Positions 39,253 to 51,282 of a DNA stretch of 64,000 nt are shown here, piece after piece. Each line of letters opens with the position of its first letter. Position 1 is the stretch's first letter. Made by a program: the position numbers and the translations under genes. The stretch comes from Octopus vulgaris (lineage: Eukaryota): contig OX597816.1 of assembly GCA_951406725.2 (NCBI GenBank), positions 144,894,001-144,958,000 of the forward strand, read 5' to 3'. The notes below the pieces were generated by a model. It was given only the letters and a program-made list of their open reading frames with translations. It was not told the origin of the DNA and ran no database searches.

Positions 39253-40062
39253 CTCTAGATCATCACTCAACATGATAGAAATAGGAACCAAATTTTCTTT
39301 AAGTCATACCCTACATTTTATAAGAAAAAACAAATAAGAATATGATTATGTTGGACAATGTAGTATTAGACTCTTGAACACTGAAAAAACTTTAAAAATG
39401 TAAGATTGGTTGGTCGAGGTTGAAATGCTTTTGATCGTAGGTTTGCACAATCAGAATCTTGTTTTGTTAAAAAAAAACGACACCCAAGCTAACGTGCGTG
39501 CGTGCACACACACATCTGTAGCAGCGTCCGTATTTGGTGGTATGTTCTATACTACAACACTAATTTCTTAGAAAACCAATTTCCCAGACAAAATTTTGAC
39601 TCCTATTTGGGGCCACTTTACTGATGCATCTAAACAAATGCTTTTAAAACAAATCAGGAATGTTTGCTATTTCCTGTCTACTACAAATGTATAAACCAAT
39701 AAGATTCCCAAGTATGTATATACATATTATTTTTATAATAAATTTCAGCAAAAAGTTGTATCTTGTTCTTTTTCTCAATATTTTTGCTCTTGTTTTATAT
39801 ATCTCTTACAATGTTCTGTTGGATTCATGCTTCCAAATTTACCAATTCACGTTTTTTATGGCTCAGTCAGTAATGGCATCATTTAATGTCTGTTTTTGAT
39901 ACAACCATGGGTTGGATGGTTTTGCAGGATTCAGCAAGTCACAAGGCTGCATTGAGTTCCATTGTAAGCTTCGTCATAGTTGCTGGATGCCCTATTTAAT
40001 GCCAACTTTACAGTAACTTTCACGACAGGTAAAGAACAAAAAAAAGAAGCCCCCTCAATTAA

Positions 40063-41130
40063 CCCTTTCGTTACTATATTTCTGACCAAAATACACCCCT
40101 TATGTGTTTCAATTAATTTCTAATGTAATAATAAATTTAGTCTGGTTTCATTAAACAACTATAACTTTTTTATTTATCAATATATTAACGGGAATTTTGG
40201 AAGATAATTTAATGAAATGTTCTCAACCAATTCTATACTATAATTTTTGTCACAAAGTGACTCTAATTGTAGGTAGATACAGGTAAATTCAACAAAATAT
40301 AAAATTATAAAAATTTTGTTCAAACATCGCTATAGAAAATGGGTTATTAGCTAATATTCAATTGGGTATACAAGAAAATTTTACGATAGAATTTGTTATT
40401 CTGGGTAACTTTCTGATACCTATAATAATATTTATGGCAAAATAGTCTTAATTTCATTTAAGGTTGTGGGAAACCACAAAGTATCCTTTCTTTCGTTTTG
40501 TTTACATTTAGCGTAACGGTTCGTTTCTGCCGTAATGATTTCAAATAGGCTCATTCGAAAAAGTAAAAAGAAATAGTCTAAGGCTTTACTCTTCTGGGAA
40601 AGTCTGTGGCTTGGTCCAGTTTCTTCAGAAAAATCACCAAAAGAAACAGTTTTTAAATTTTCACTCCATTTAGGTGCCAATTCATTTTCTTTATCGCTGT
40701 CAGAGCTCTCGGATTCACTGTTTTCACTTTCGGAAAATGAAACATCAGATTCATTATCAAATACCACATGCTTTTTTTTTTCAGTCATAGAGTTAGATTT
40801 ATGAAGGTCTTCAGTAGAAAATCCTTCGAATTCTGACTCGCTGCTTGATATAATGAAATTCATATCCATTTTTTGTCAGAATTACAAATTTTGAAAACAC
40901 AATAGGAACAAATTTCGGAAAAAAATCTCCCAAAATTCACGGAATTAAAATTACACTTCGACTTTTGTACAAAACTGTAGTTGAACACTTTATGAAGTAT
41001 AATACGTATTTTTCACGAATGTACTAAAGAGATTTGCTCTGATATTCTCATTTAAATATGAATAGGTAAATTTGGGCGGCTTGGTCACATTAACCAAAAT
41101 TTTTTTTCGGGCGGTTTGGTAACGAAAGGG
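40063..41130 (-). mobile_element. piggyBac deletion derivative
   Basis: TTAA on both sides; TIR ccctttcgttac / gtaacgaaaggg; ORF 40432-40869 is an acidic PGBD-like N-terminus (LDYFFLLF, ETNRYA, WFPTTLNEIK), truncated. Confidence 0.92.
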
Positions 41131-41667
41131 TTAAGTGGGTGAGTATTTAAGAGGGGATGGAGGTGGATAGAGGGACAAATGCAGGTGTCTTGTTATAGGG
41201 AACAAGTGTGGGTGTTTTGCTATAAGGAAGATACATGGCTGCTTCATATAAGGGTGAGTGAGAATAGCTGAGAAGAAAAGAAAGTAATAGTGATAGGATG
41301 CCAGAGCAAACTCAAGGAGTGAGTGTAGCTATAGTTACTACAGAGCTGTGGCAGATACAAAAGAGTGTTGAGAATGATGGCAGATATAAGATTTGAGGGA
41401 AGGGAGATGAATGAAGGAACAGGAAGAAGGTGATCGGTGGGGAAATGGGAAGATGACTGGTAACAGATGGGAGTAAAAAATTGAGGATGTAATATGTGCC
41501 TAGGAGGGAAGGGTGTTAAGGGGATGTTGGGAATGCATGAGAGAGCTGAATGGGTGTAACAGGATCCAGCATGTACAAAAATAGACAAAATGTTTTCAGG
41601 ACCACTTTTGCTGTGATGGACAAAGCAAATCAATCAATATATATATATATATATGTGTATATATATA

Positions 41668-42060
41668 GGTGCAGGAGTGGCTGTGTGGTAAGTAGCTTGC
41701 TAACCAACCACATGGTTCCGGGTTCAGTCCCACTGCGTGGCATCTTGGGCAAGTGTCTTCTGCTTTAGCCTCGGGCCGACCAAAGCCTTGTGAGTGGATT
41801 TGGTAGATGGAAACTGATAGAAGCCCGTCGTATATATGTATATATATATATATGTGCGAGTGTGTGTTTGTCCCCCTAACATTGCCTGACAATGCTGGTG
41901 TGTTTATATCCCCGTTACTTAGCGGTTCGGCAAAAAGAGACCGATAGAATAAGTACTGGGCTTACAAAAGAATAAGTCCCGGGGGTTGAGTTGCTTGATT
42001 AAAGGCGGTGCTCCAGCATGGCCGCAGTCAAATGACTGAAACAAGTAAAAGAGTAAAGAG
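41668..42060 (+). mobile_element. SINE family A
   Basis: Same as 20393-20800. Confidence 0.85.
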
Positions 42061-42214
42061 TATATATATAAAATCTGAAGGACTGTTGTAATAAGTGTAT
42101 GAATCTGTGATGGGAATATGCTGAATAAAATCATAATCTACTGATTTTTCTGTATTTTTTCTTTTCCCCAGAGTTAAGAACTTTTCAGCAACCCCTTATA
42201 CGTACATACATACA

Positions 42215-42690
42215 AGCATTATTAGGACTCCTACCTTCAGAAAAACTTTATGTGGAGGAGTTCCAGGTGGCTCAAGAGAATTAAGGAAATCTGTTGTGTA
42301 ATGGACAGCTTGATTTTCATCAAGGACTGAATCAGCTGATTTGTACTACTTAATGACTGTTGGAATCTTATTCATTAATTCATGATTAATCCTTGCTACT
42401 TGCTTCATATTTGGAGCAAGAATTACCCTTTCACACAACCATTTATGTGAATTATAATAATTACTTAAGTCTGGAAATACCCCACCATGATAGCAATATG
42501 AGCCAAACCGATATTACCATTCCCATCAAATGGTACTTCCCCATTTCCTAATTGGAGTGCCAGGTTGAAAACTGTTCTGCACACTGGACCCCTTGTAATA
42601 AAACTTTCACGTTAGTATTGAAGAATTTCTGTACTTTATTCCAAAGGTATGAAGACTTAATGAATGCTTTTATTTCATCAGGTACCGTAT
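42215..42690 (-). pseudogene. Pif1-like Helitron helicase fragment
   Basis: DEIKAFIKSSYLWNKV; WLCERVILAP; YKSADSVLDENQAVHYTTDFLNSLEPPGTPPHKVFLKVGVLIML; internal stops and frameshifts. Confidence 0.8.
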
Positions 42691-45077
42691 ATAATTTCAT
42701 ATTAAATCCTAATGCTCTTTACCTAAGAATTAAAATAAATATAATTACAGAATGAATAACAAAGCAGAAAGTACCCGATTTTAAGAAATAGTTGTATATA
42801 TATGAAGTAAAATTGTTAATGTGAAAAAGCTTTTCATACACGAGTTATATATAAACAAAAAAAAAAACTTGGTCAAAGGGACTTAACTCTTAGTTAAGGG
42901 AGAGAAATCTTGTTAAACGGTTACTAAGTTTCGATACACAAGGTATCTGAAGCATTCAATGTTATTTTTATGAGAAAAGGAATTCACCAAATTAGACAAA
43001 TTTCTACATTGTCGTATTTTATATTCTCTAATAAAGAATGGTAAAAAATAATTATATTTGTAATAGTTATACATTTCAGTGCAAAATCTACTTCGCCACT
43101 TTAGAAACTCTTCATAGAAAAAGTTAAGTGAAATATGTGTTTATTCCATGATAGCAGCAGACGTAAGCTGTTAAAATTATTAATTGGGTGGAATTTCATT
43201 ATAAAACTATATAAATCCTCGAAGAAATAACAAAAGCAGAATGTTTGCAGTTACGGATCGCTGGCAGCTACTTCCATATAACCCCTTAGAAGAACGGCGA
43301 TATATTATCCTGGCAGTCTTCGTCTTATAATTTTAAATGTCTTCATTAATTTAACTTATTAATTAACCATTGAATGTAATATTTAAAACTTTTCTTTCTG
43401 AAATTAAGAGAAAGTTGATCACCTTTATACAATCAAAATCATAGGAACGTAAAATTTGACTTTATTTTCTACGACTGGGGACACAACCTATGAAGTGAAC
43501 ATCGCTTGTCTTGCCACATATTTTTTAATTAGCATTTCGACGCTCTCTGCATTAATTAAAGTAGGACTAAAATAACTATAGATTTCCTTAAAAGAGAATC
43601 AAGACATGATATGCATTAAAAGAAATATTTTGATATGTATATATATATATAAATACTAAGAAAATTGTCATGCACCGTTAGATTTCTAAGGGAGATAATT
43701 CTATTTTCAAGTTGAACCGGAGTTCAGCCGATCCTACCATAACAGTGTCTCGATATTAAATGAAATATATTTAAATTAGCAAATATCTTAGAGGAACAGA
43801 AACCCTTTGGAGTGTTTGGACTAGGAACTGTGTTTCGATTTTTTATTCTAGTTTTCTTTATTCTCACCATTTAACACTTTTGATTGCTTTACCATGTTCG
43901 CTGAATAACCTGTTTCAATTACTGCTGGAAGTAACAATAGGATTAGATACGATGCATTTTGTTACAATTCAATTCAGCATTTAATGTCCTCCTTCCATGT
44001 TGGCAGGAGCTTGAAAGTCAGAATACTGCACCATGTTCTACTGTCAGCTTTGACTGGATCTCATTTCTAACACCAATCATTTTACAGCGTACTGGATGCT
44101 CTTTACGTGGCACCAACAGCAGCAGGGTCAACAAATAACTTGCAAGACAAAACCCCTTACCCCAACAAATAACTTGCAAGACAAAACCCCTAACCCATGC
44201 ATTATATGGGTTTCATTGAGGATAGAATATAGTTGATATGATCAGAAATGCAGAGCATTTCATAGCAATGTGGTAGCAGTATCAAAGTGAGGGTAGTAAT
44301 TAAGATATAAGTTCAGACAAGAATTTCAGATATAAAAATAGAGGTTGTTTTAATTAATATCAGATATCAAATTTTTGCAGAAAGCCAGCAGTTTTGTGGG
44401 AGGGGTTAAGTTGATTACATCAACCCCAGTGACATTTGAACTAAGGCAGATGGAACGCCACTAAACATTTTGCCCTGTGTGCCAATGAGTCTGCCAGATT
44501 GCTGATAGTCAATATTCAATTAACATTAGATATTATAAATGCAAATTAAAAAAAAGACTAAAACCACACAATTTTGCTTACTGGACAACCACATTATTAA
44601 TTTTATTATGCTGTGTCAGTCAGTTGTTTTTTCAAGTCATGTACTATAAACGCTTTTTTTCTTTTTGCCTCTCATTGTGCAGTCCTTAGTCACAGGCATT
44701 CCGTCTATGACCATGCTATTTTTTTGTCTTTATTTAGACTGTTTTGTTTAATGTGTCCTTCCTTTTTTAAGGTGATTGAATGCTATAAAATGAGATCCAA
44801 TCAAAGCAGACAGTACAGCATGATGCAGTCTTCTGACTGGCAAGCTCCTGTCAAACCATCCAACCCTGCCAACATGGAAGGAGGACATTAAATGCTGATA
44901 TATTTTTTTCCCCATGTTTTACAGTTTTGTTTTTCAGAGGAGTTGTTGGATCAAGTTCTTCAAGTATTTGGATGTCTTGTTTTCTAATTCAATTCTAAAT
45001 CAGAATAGCTTTAGCATTTTTTGCTAAGTTGGTGTAATTCAATTTGCAAAATAAAATGCTTAAACAATTTCATAGAG

Positions 45078-45544
45078 ACATTATTTACATTTGACGGATA
45101 TTTGTCCTCATCTTGTTTGTTGTTAACACGTTTCGGCTCAAGTGTCTTGAGGAAATTTTGAACCTGGATTCTTATTCCTAAGGTTTTTTTGATGTTGTTG
45201 CTATTATTATCATTATTCAGGTCACTGCCTGAAATTGAACTCGGAATTTTAGGGTTAGTAGCCTGTGCTCTTAACCACTACGCCATATGCCCGTGGGCAT
45301 AGTGGTTAAGATCGTGGTCTACTAATCCTAAGATTCCGAGTTCGATTCCAAGCAGTGACCTGAATAATAATAACATCGAAAAATACCTTAGGAATGAGAA
45401 CCCAGGTTCAAAATTTCCCCAAGACACCTGAAGGCTGGAGAGTATATTAGCCGAAAAGTTGTGTTAACAACAAACAAGATGAGGACAAATATCTGTCAAA
45501 TGTAAATAATGTACGTAATTCCTCATCTCTTAAATATAGAACTG
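45078..45544. mobile_element. ORF-less inverted dimer of the PLE terminal module
   Basis: Left arm (minus) and right arm (plus) meet at ~45293; perfect 12-bp TSD aatttcatagag at 45066-45077 and 45545-45556; same termini as the 203-1191 element. Confidence 0.85.
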
Positions 45545-45597
45545 AATTTCATAGAGGCTATTTAACTTGCTCAACTGGTAATTTGTCAGGCACTTGA

Positions 45598-45916
45598 AGA
45601 AGAGGAGCACTCTATCGGTTATGACGATGAAGGTCCCAGCTGATATGATCAACAGAACTGCTTGCTCGTGAAATTAATGTGCAAGGGGCTGAGCATGCTA
45701 CAAACATATATACCCTTAACGTAGTTCTCAGGGAGATTCAGAGTGACAAAGCTGGCCCTTTGAAATAAAAGGTACTACTCATTTTTAGCAGATGAATGGA
45801 CTAAAGCAATGTGAAATAAAGTGTTTTGCTCAAGGACACAACACGTCACTGGGAATTGAACTCATGATCTTACGACTGTGAGCCGAATGCCCTAACCACT
45901 AAGCCACATGCCTTCA
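45598..45916 (-). mobile_element. tRNA-derived SINE family C
   Basis: Minus head gaaggcatgtggcttagtggttaggg...gagttcaattccc; related to 55920-56222. Confidence 0.7.
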
Positions 45917-45919
45917 CTG

Positions 45920-46162
45920 ACAGCAAGAGTGAGACTTGGCTGGGTGAAGTTCAGGTAATGCGGAGAGTTGTTATATGGGTAAAGGTCTTCGCTGAAGATG
46001 AAAGGAAGGGTCTATAGGAGTTGTGTGAGAGCGGCAATGCCATATGGGAGTGAGATATGGTATCTGAGGGAGAGAGATATGGCAATTTTGAGAAGGACCA
46101 AGAGAGCAATGGTGAGAGAAATGTATAGTGTGAAGCTGTTTGATAAGAGGAGGACTGAGGAA
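45920..46162 (+). mobile_element. RTE-clade LINE fragment
   Basis: ARVRLGWVKFR; MKGRVYRSCVRAAMPYGSEIW...RAMVR. Confidence 0.8.
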
Positions 46163-47285
46163 GATCTGGCCACCCCCATTATCAGGGACAAAACCCAGAT
46201 TTAAAACACTGGATGATGGATATATATTTGTATATATTAGAATAAGAAATAGACAGTCCTTGATACAGTATTTATTTATTTGGAAAAATAAATAGAAATC
46301 GCTTTTCTGATAATTTTCCCACTCTATTAATTGGAGGCTTATATGTTGTCAGGTATTTGTAAACCTCTAATAACTTATAAACATCTAATTATTAAAGTGG
46401 AACAATTATCAGAAAAGCCATTTCTATTCACTTTTCAAATATATATATATATCTGTGCATACTCTCGGAGTGGTTGGCATTAGGAAGGGCATCCAGCTGT
46501 AGAAACTTTGCCAGATCAGATTGGAGCCTGGTGCAGCTATCTGGACCACCAGACCTCAGTCAAATCGTCCAACCCATGCTAGCACGGAAAGCAGACGTTA
46601 AACGATGATGATGATGTGTTTGGCCACTATGAAGGTTTGTTTACATCCTTGTAATTTAGCAGCTCATCAAGATACTAATAGAAAAAGTATTAGGCGTAAA
46701 AGAAAAACAATTCTGATGAATAGCAAAGTCAACCTTGCTAGAATTTGATAAGTTTGATTAAACCCTTCAAAGCGGTGCCCCAGCATGTCCACATGAAATG
46801 AGTAGTAAGTGAAAGATAATGACTGATATCATTTGCAAATTACTGCTATTATTATACAATTTAGCTAAACCTTTAGGTCCATTTATCCAACTTTGTATGG
46901 ATCATATATGTTTGAAACTTGATATTTCCAGCAGCTGATTTCATTAGTTGGATTCCAAATTAAGCTATCTCATACATAATGTAACCTTTAATTTTGACAG
47001 CTAAACTTTTGTAATATAATTCAATCATTCTTACTCTTTTTATTTTACTACACTTGAGAATAATGCTATCTAGCAATTTTCATTCTGATATTTTCATTAA
47101 ATTTCTTGCATTATGAATAAATACTGAACTTTGCACAGTCATGAAGCATAGTGGTAGTCTAATTAAATTTTTTAGCAATATAATTGCTACTTCAAATTTT
47201 TGCATTAACCACTATATTTGCCACTATTGTGGTATATTACAGCTGTCTTCAGTTACTAATGCTTATGCAGTGAAACAGGCTAATT

Positions 47286-47506
47286 AATATTGGTTTTATA
47301 TATTGGTACAAGGTCAGCAATTGTGGGGGTAGGGGGCCAGTTGATTACATCATCCCCAGTGTTCAACTGGTACTTATTTCATCGACCCTGAAAACATGAA
47401 TAGCAAAGTCAACCTTGCCAGAATTTGAACACAGAACGTAAAGACAGATGAAATACTGCTAAGCATTTTGCTCGGCATGCTAATGATTCTGCCAGCTTGA
47501 TGCCTT
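47286..47506 (-). mobile_element. SINE family B, diverged
   Basis: Reverse complement of the family B core. Confidence 0.7.
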
Positions 47507-47714
47507 TGATGGTAGTATCACTCAGTCATCTCTGCACAAAATTGATTGAACAAAACTACAGCTATGCTCACATATCAAGAAAACAGATAGGGCTATATGG
47601 TACATAAGACTTTCTCAACTGTTAGAATTGTGGTCTCAGCTCACATGTAGTAAAATTACAAGTAAATGAGAGACCCTCAACTAAAAACATGAGATACACA
47701 GGGCATTTTAAATA

Positions 47715-47945
47715 CAGGGGTGGGAAAAAGTAGGTTTACAGTTGCTTAATATGAGTGGAATGTTGTTTTCATTTCTCCATTTCTTTTTTAAACCTAAGCA
47801 ATTCATAAGTTGATTAAAGGACCTGTGGGAGATGTCTAGTTCATTGGAAGCTCTCCCTTTTTTCTTTTTTTTTTTATAGAGAAACGATAAGAACATTCCA
47901 CTCATATTAAGCAATTGTATAACTACCTACTTTTGTCCACCCCTG
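47715..47945. mobile_element. Tc1/mariner-type MITE just downstream of the POLG2 stop codon
   Basis: TA flanks; ~60-bp inverted arms caggggtgg...gagtggaatgtt / aacattccactc...ccacccctg. Confidence 0.85.
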
Positions 47946-48083
47946 TATATTGTCTGGGAGGGAAAAATAAACAAAACAAGTGATAGCAATAGCTGGGATG
48001 CCGTTGGTCAACAAAAGGCAACAAACCAAACAACACAAGATGTGAAAAAAGATAGGTATTAAAAACTAATTGACTTATTTTTG

Positions 48084-49271
48084 CTATTGAATATTCTTTA
48101 AAATTGTATCTTTCAGTGTGGCAACATGAAGTGGTTCTTTTAAAGATGTATCGCGACTTCGCAATCCAATAATTCCACTTTCCAGTGTAGTGTCATTAAT
48201 AACTATTGTTAAAAGCACACCTAACTCATCAAACATCACATACTGCTTCTCAAGAGAATTAGTAGTGTCTAAACAATGAAATACTTGCAGTTCCAGGTCT
48301 TCAATGTCTTTTATAATACGTAACGCCATCTTTCGTAAATAGGAAACTTTACTCCCGCTTACACTGACACCGATTTTATAAGGCACAAGTCTTCTGTGAA
48401 GCTTCAGTATGCTTCTGGTTTTGGACTCAGAACGGGTCTTACTCTTACTATAAGTGTGAATATTCTCTTGAAAAGAATCGAGAAGGAAGGCCAAGAATGC
48501 TCTCTCTAGAATAGCTGTAGATTCAATAACACATGGTAAGGAAGCAGAACGTCGAATTTTACTTTGAGCAGATATACCCGACAAAAGCACATCTTTTATA
48601 CATTGGAGAGGATAATCACGCCAGTTTATAATTGTTTCAATGGTGTCCCAACCCCAAGGAAAATGGAATTGAACTTTAAACAGCTGGAAAGTTTCATTAT
48701 TGACATTTAACTGCTGTGGATCTGACAAAATAAAATTGGAGGGAAAACGTGCATACTGACGCCACCATTTCAGTCTACGCCTATGACAGTCACTAAAGGA
48801 GGAGACGATAGTTGTGGATGGACAGAAATGTGTAACAGTCAGCTCTGTATTTTCGGACGATTCTAAAAAAGACAGGTTCTCACCCGATGTTCGCTGCGGA
48901 TCAAAACAAACAGATGTGTGGGCTACAGAAAACGATAATTTTTTGCTTAACTGTTTAGCAATGACAAGATAGTTTTCGGGACACCGATGCAGTATAGATG
49001 AATTGTAATGTTCCACCCCTACCCTAGTATCTGATGGAGTTTCCGCGGTAATGGATTTTGAATTTTCCACCCAGAAAGTCTCCTCGTTGTTGTTGTAGAG
49101 GACGTATCTTCGCCATTCTTGTAAAATGTTATGTCGAAGTAATGCGCCGGGCGGTCCATAGCTGTAAACATTGTGTGTATGCTGATTTTTCAAGAAATTA
49201 CTCGGTTTTACAATGAATGTGCGTTCAATTAATAATTTGATAAGATTATCTAAAAGGCAAGGCACAGCCAT
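48084..49271 (-). CDS. POLG2: DNA polymerase gamma accessory subunit (class II aaRS-like fold), single coding exon, 395 aa
   Basis: YGPPGALLRHNILQEW, RRRLKWWR, FPWGWDTIETI, LERAFLAFLLDSFQ, LKLHRRLVPYKI, FDELGV, TTLESGIIGLRSRDTSLKE. First ATG at 49271; in-frame upstream TAG at 49299-49301 (the track start at 49283 is a GTG). Confidence 0.93.
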   Translation of the reverse strand: MAVPCLLDNLIKLLIERTFIVKPSNFLKNQHTHNVYSYGPPGALLRHNILQEWRRYVLYNNNEETFWVENSKSITAETPSDTRVGVEHYNSSILHRCPENYLVIAKQLSKKLSFSVAHTSVCFDPQRTSGENLSFLESSENTELTVTHFCPSTTIVSSFSDCHRRRLKWWRQYARFPSNFILSDPQQLNVNNETFQLFKVQFHFPWGWDTIETIINWRDYPLQCIKDVLLSGISAQSKIRRSASLPCVIESTAILERAFLAFLLDSFQENIHTYSKSKTRSESKTRSILKLHRRLVPYKIGVSVSGSKVSYLRKMALRIIKDIEDLELQVFHCLDTTNSLEKQYVMFDELGVLLTIVINDTTLESGIIGLRSRDTSLKEPLHVATLKDTILKNIQ

Positions 49272-49779
49272 GGATATAAACACGTGTTTTATATTTCTCT
49301 AATTTCTTTTCTGAAGAGTTCTACGGTGATAAAATAAATTCTGTGCCGAATTAAATTAAAATACTACTTTAGATGTAGCAAGTTTTTCTGTTCACTGTCA
49401 AAAAATATTAATACGACAAAAAGCATGAAAGTGAACTTTATCTACTTTGGTAAATTACTTATACATTCAACTATCAGAAGTAATTCGAGATATTTACTGT
49501 TTCTAAACATAGTGAACGTTTAATACGATTTCTCTCCCTTGCATTCTAACTTGAGTCCTTTGTGGCATGGGCTTCATTCTAAGGGAAATAACTCATCTAC
49601 GAACACGTTCCCATGTTTACAATAGGACTTGGGACTTTCATTTGTGTTTGTTAAAATATACAACTATTTATACCACATTTACGAAGTTTTTGTTGGTACT
49701 TTGTTCTTTATGAATTAATACGTAAGAGATTGTTATATACTTTATACCCTTATATTTTAACTTTTAAGTAAAGTTGATT

Positions 49780-50090
49780 AGGAGTGGCTGTGTGGTAAGT
49801 AGCTTGCTTACGAACCACATGGTTCCGGGTTTAGTCCCACTGCGTGGCACCTTGGGTATATATCTTCTACTATAGCTTTGTGAGTGGATTTGGTAGACGG
49901 AAACTGAAAGAAGCCCGTCGTATATATGTATATATTTGTATGTGTGTACGTATTTGTGTTTGTCCACTGATGCTGGTGTGTTTACGTTCGGCAAAAAAAA
50001 AAAAAGACCCTGGGGGTCGATTTGATCGACTAAAGGCGGTGTTCCAGCATGGCCACAGTCACATGACTGAAACAAGTAAAAAGAGAGTGT
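49780..50090 (+). mobile_element. SINE family A with internal deletions
   Basis: Same head and tail as 20393-20800. Confidence 0.8.
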
Positions 50091-50426
50091 GTATGAGTGG
50101 AAGGGTGCGCACACCTCCACTCCCGTTTCAGAAAAATAATAATTCTTTTTAATGTTGGTACAGAAGAGGCAAACCGATTACATCGACCCAGACTCTATTA
50201 CATGAGTGGTACTTTATTTTATTGACCCTGAATGTTGAACTCGTTGGCATTTGTTACCAAGCAAATGTCACAAAGCAGTTTGTTCGACGTGCTAATGATT
50301 CGTGCAGCTTGCTGACGTAGTAATAATAATGATAATAGTTTCTACTAAAGGCACAAGGCCTGAAATTTGGGGGTGGGAGTGGAGAGGGGACTAGTCGACT
50401 ATATGGACCTCAGTATTTCACCGGAA

Positions 50427-50740
50427 CTGGCAGAATCGTTAGCATGCCGGGCGAAATGCGTAGCCGTATTTCGTCTGCCGTTACGTTCTGAGTTCAAATT
50501 CCACCGAGGTCGACTTTGTCTTTCATCCTTTCGGGGTCGATAAATTAAGTACCAGTTACGCACTGGGGTCGATGTTATCGACTTAATACCTATGTCTGTC
50601 CTTGTTTGTCCACTTTGTGTTTAGCTCCTTGTGGGTAATAAAGAAATAGGTATTTAATTTATCGACTCCGAAAGGATGAAAGGCAAAGTCGACTTCGGCG
50701 ACATTTGAACTTAAAACGTGAAGTTGGACGAAATACTGCT
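50427..50740. mobile_element. SINE family B followed by an inverted partial copy
   Basis: Plus unit 50427-50650, then reverse-complement core 50650-50740. Confidence 0.75.
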
Positions 50741-50898
50741 CCACCAGATGTGACTTCACTCCAATTGTGCGGTATATTATCGTACAACGTCGCGCGTTTT
50801 CCGGCACGTCCGGTGGAGGTGTGAGGGTGATTCTTTGGCCCCTCCTTTTTAACACGTTTAGCCTCTCTTAAATCGTTTCTGCTTATTGCAATTGTTTC

Positions 50899-51282
50899 GG
50901 ATCATTTTCTTTTGAACGGCACTTTGTAAAATAATTTCTAGGTAACTAAAAAGTTTTAAACTTCGTATACTGGTTAGGGTTAGGGGTTGGGGAAGGGTAT
51001 CTTTTTTTTCTTCACAAATGTAAATAAACCCAATCTGTTTCTTAAAGGAGGGACATATTCATTATGCACAGAATGTTATTTACCTAAATGGACTCCAGTG
51101 ATTGGTTAAAATTGCCGAAATGCAAGTAATTTCAAACGAAATATCTTACAAACTATAGAATTTTCTCAATAAAGTTAAGAGAAAATGATGTTTTATAAAC
51201 ACATTCTACCAGTATACGAAGTTTAAAATTTTTAGTTACCTAGAAATTATGTTACAAAATGCCGTTCAAAAGGAAAAGATCC
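50899..51282. mobile_element. MITE with GGATC...GATCC termini and 8-bp TSD
   Basis: ~75-bp TIRs; perfect TSD attgtttc at 50891-50898 and 51283-51290; internal ttagggttagggg. Confidence 0.9.

Noticed and set aside
40432-40869. Domesticated PGBD host gene
   Set aside because: Truncated before the catalytic domain and still enclosed by TIRs and TTAA.
45216-45362. Functional tRNA genes
   Set aside because: Acceptor stem does not pair well, ACT anticodon is atypical, and the sequence is embedded in a repeat; treated as tRNA-like only.
48084-49283. Glycyl-tRNA synthetase; GTG start at 49283
   Set aside because: Motifs and length match POLG2 rather than GlyRS; the first ATG is at 49271.
50972-50992. 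Interstitial telomere
   Set aside because: Only about two TTAGGG units, internal to a MITE.
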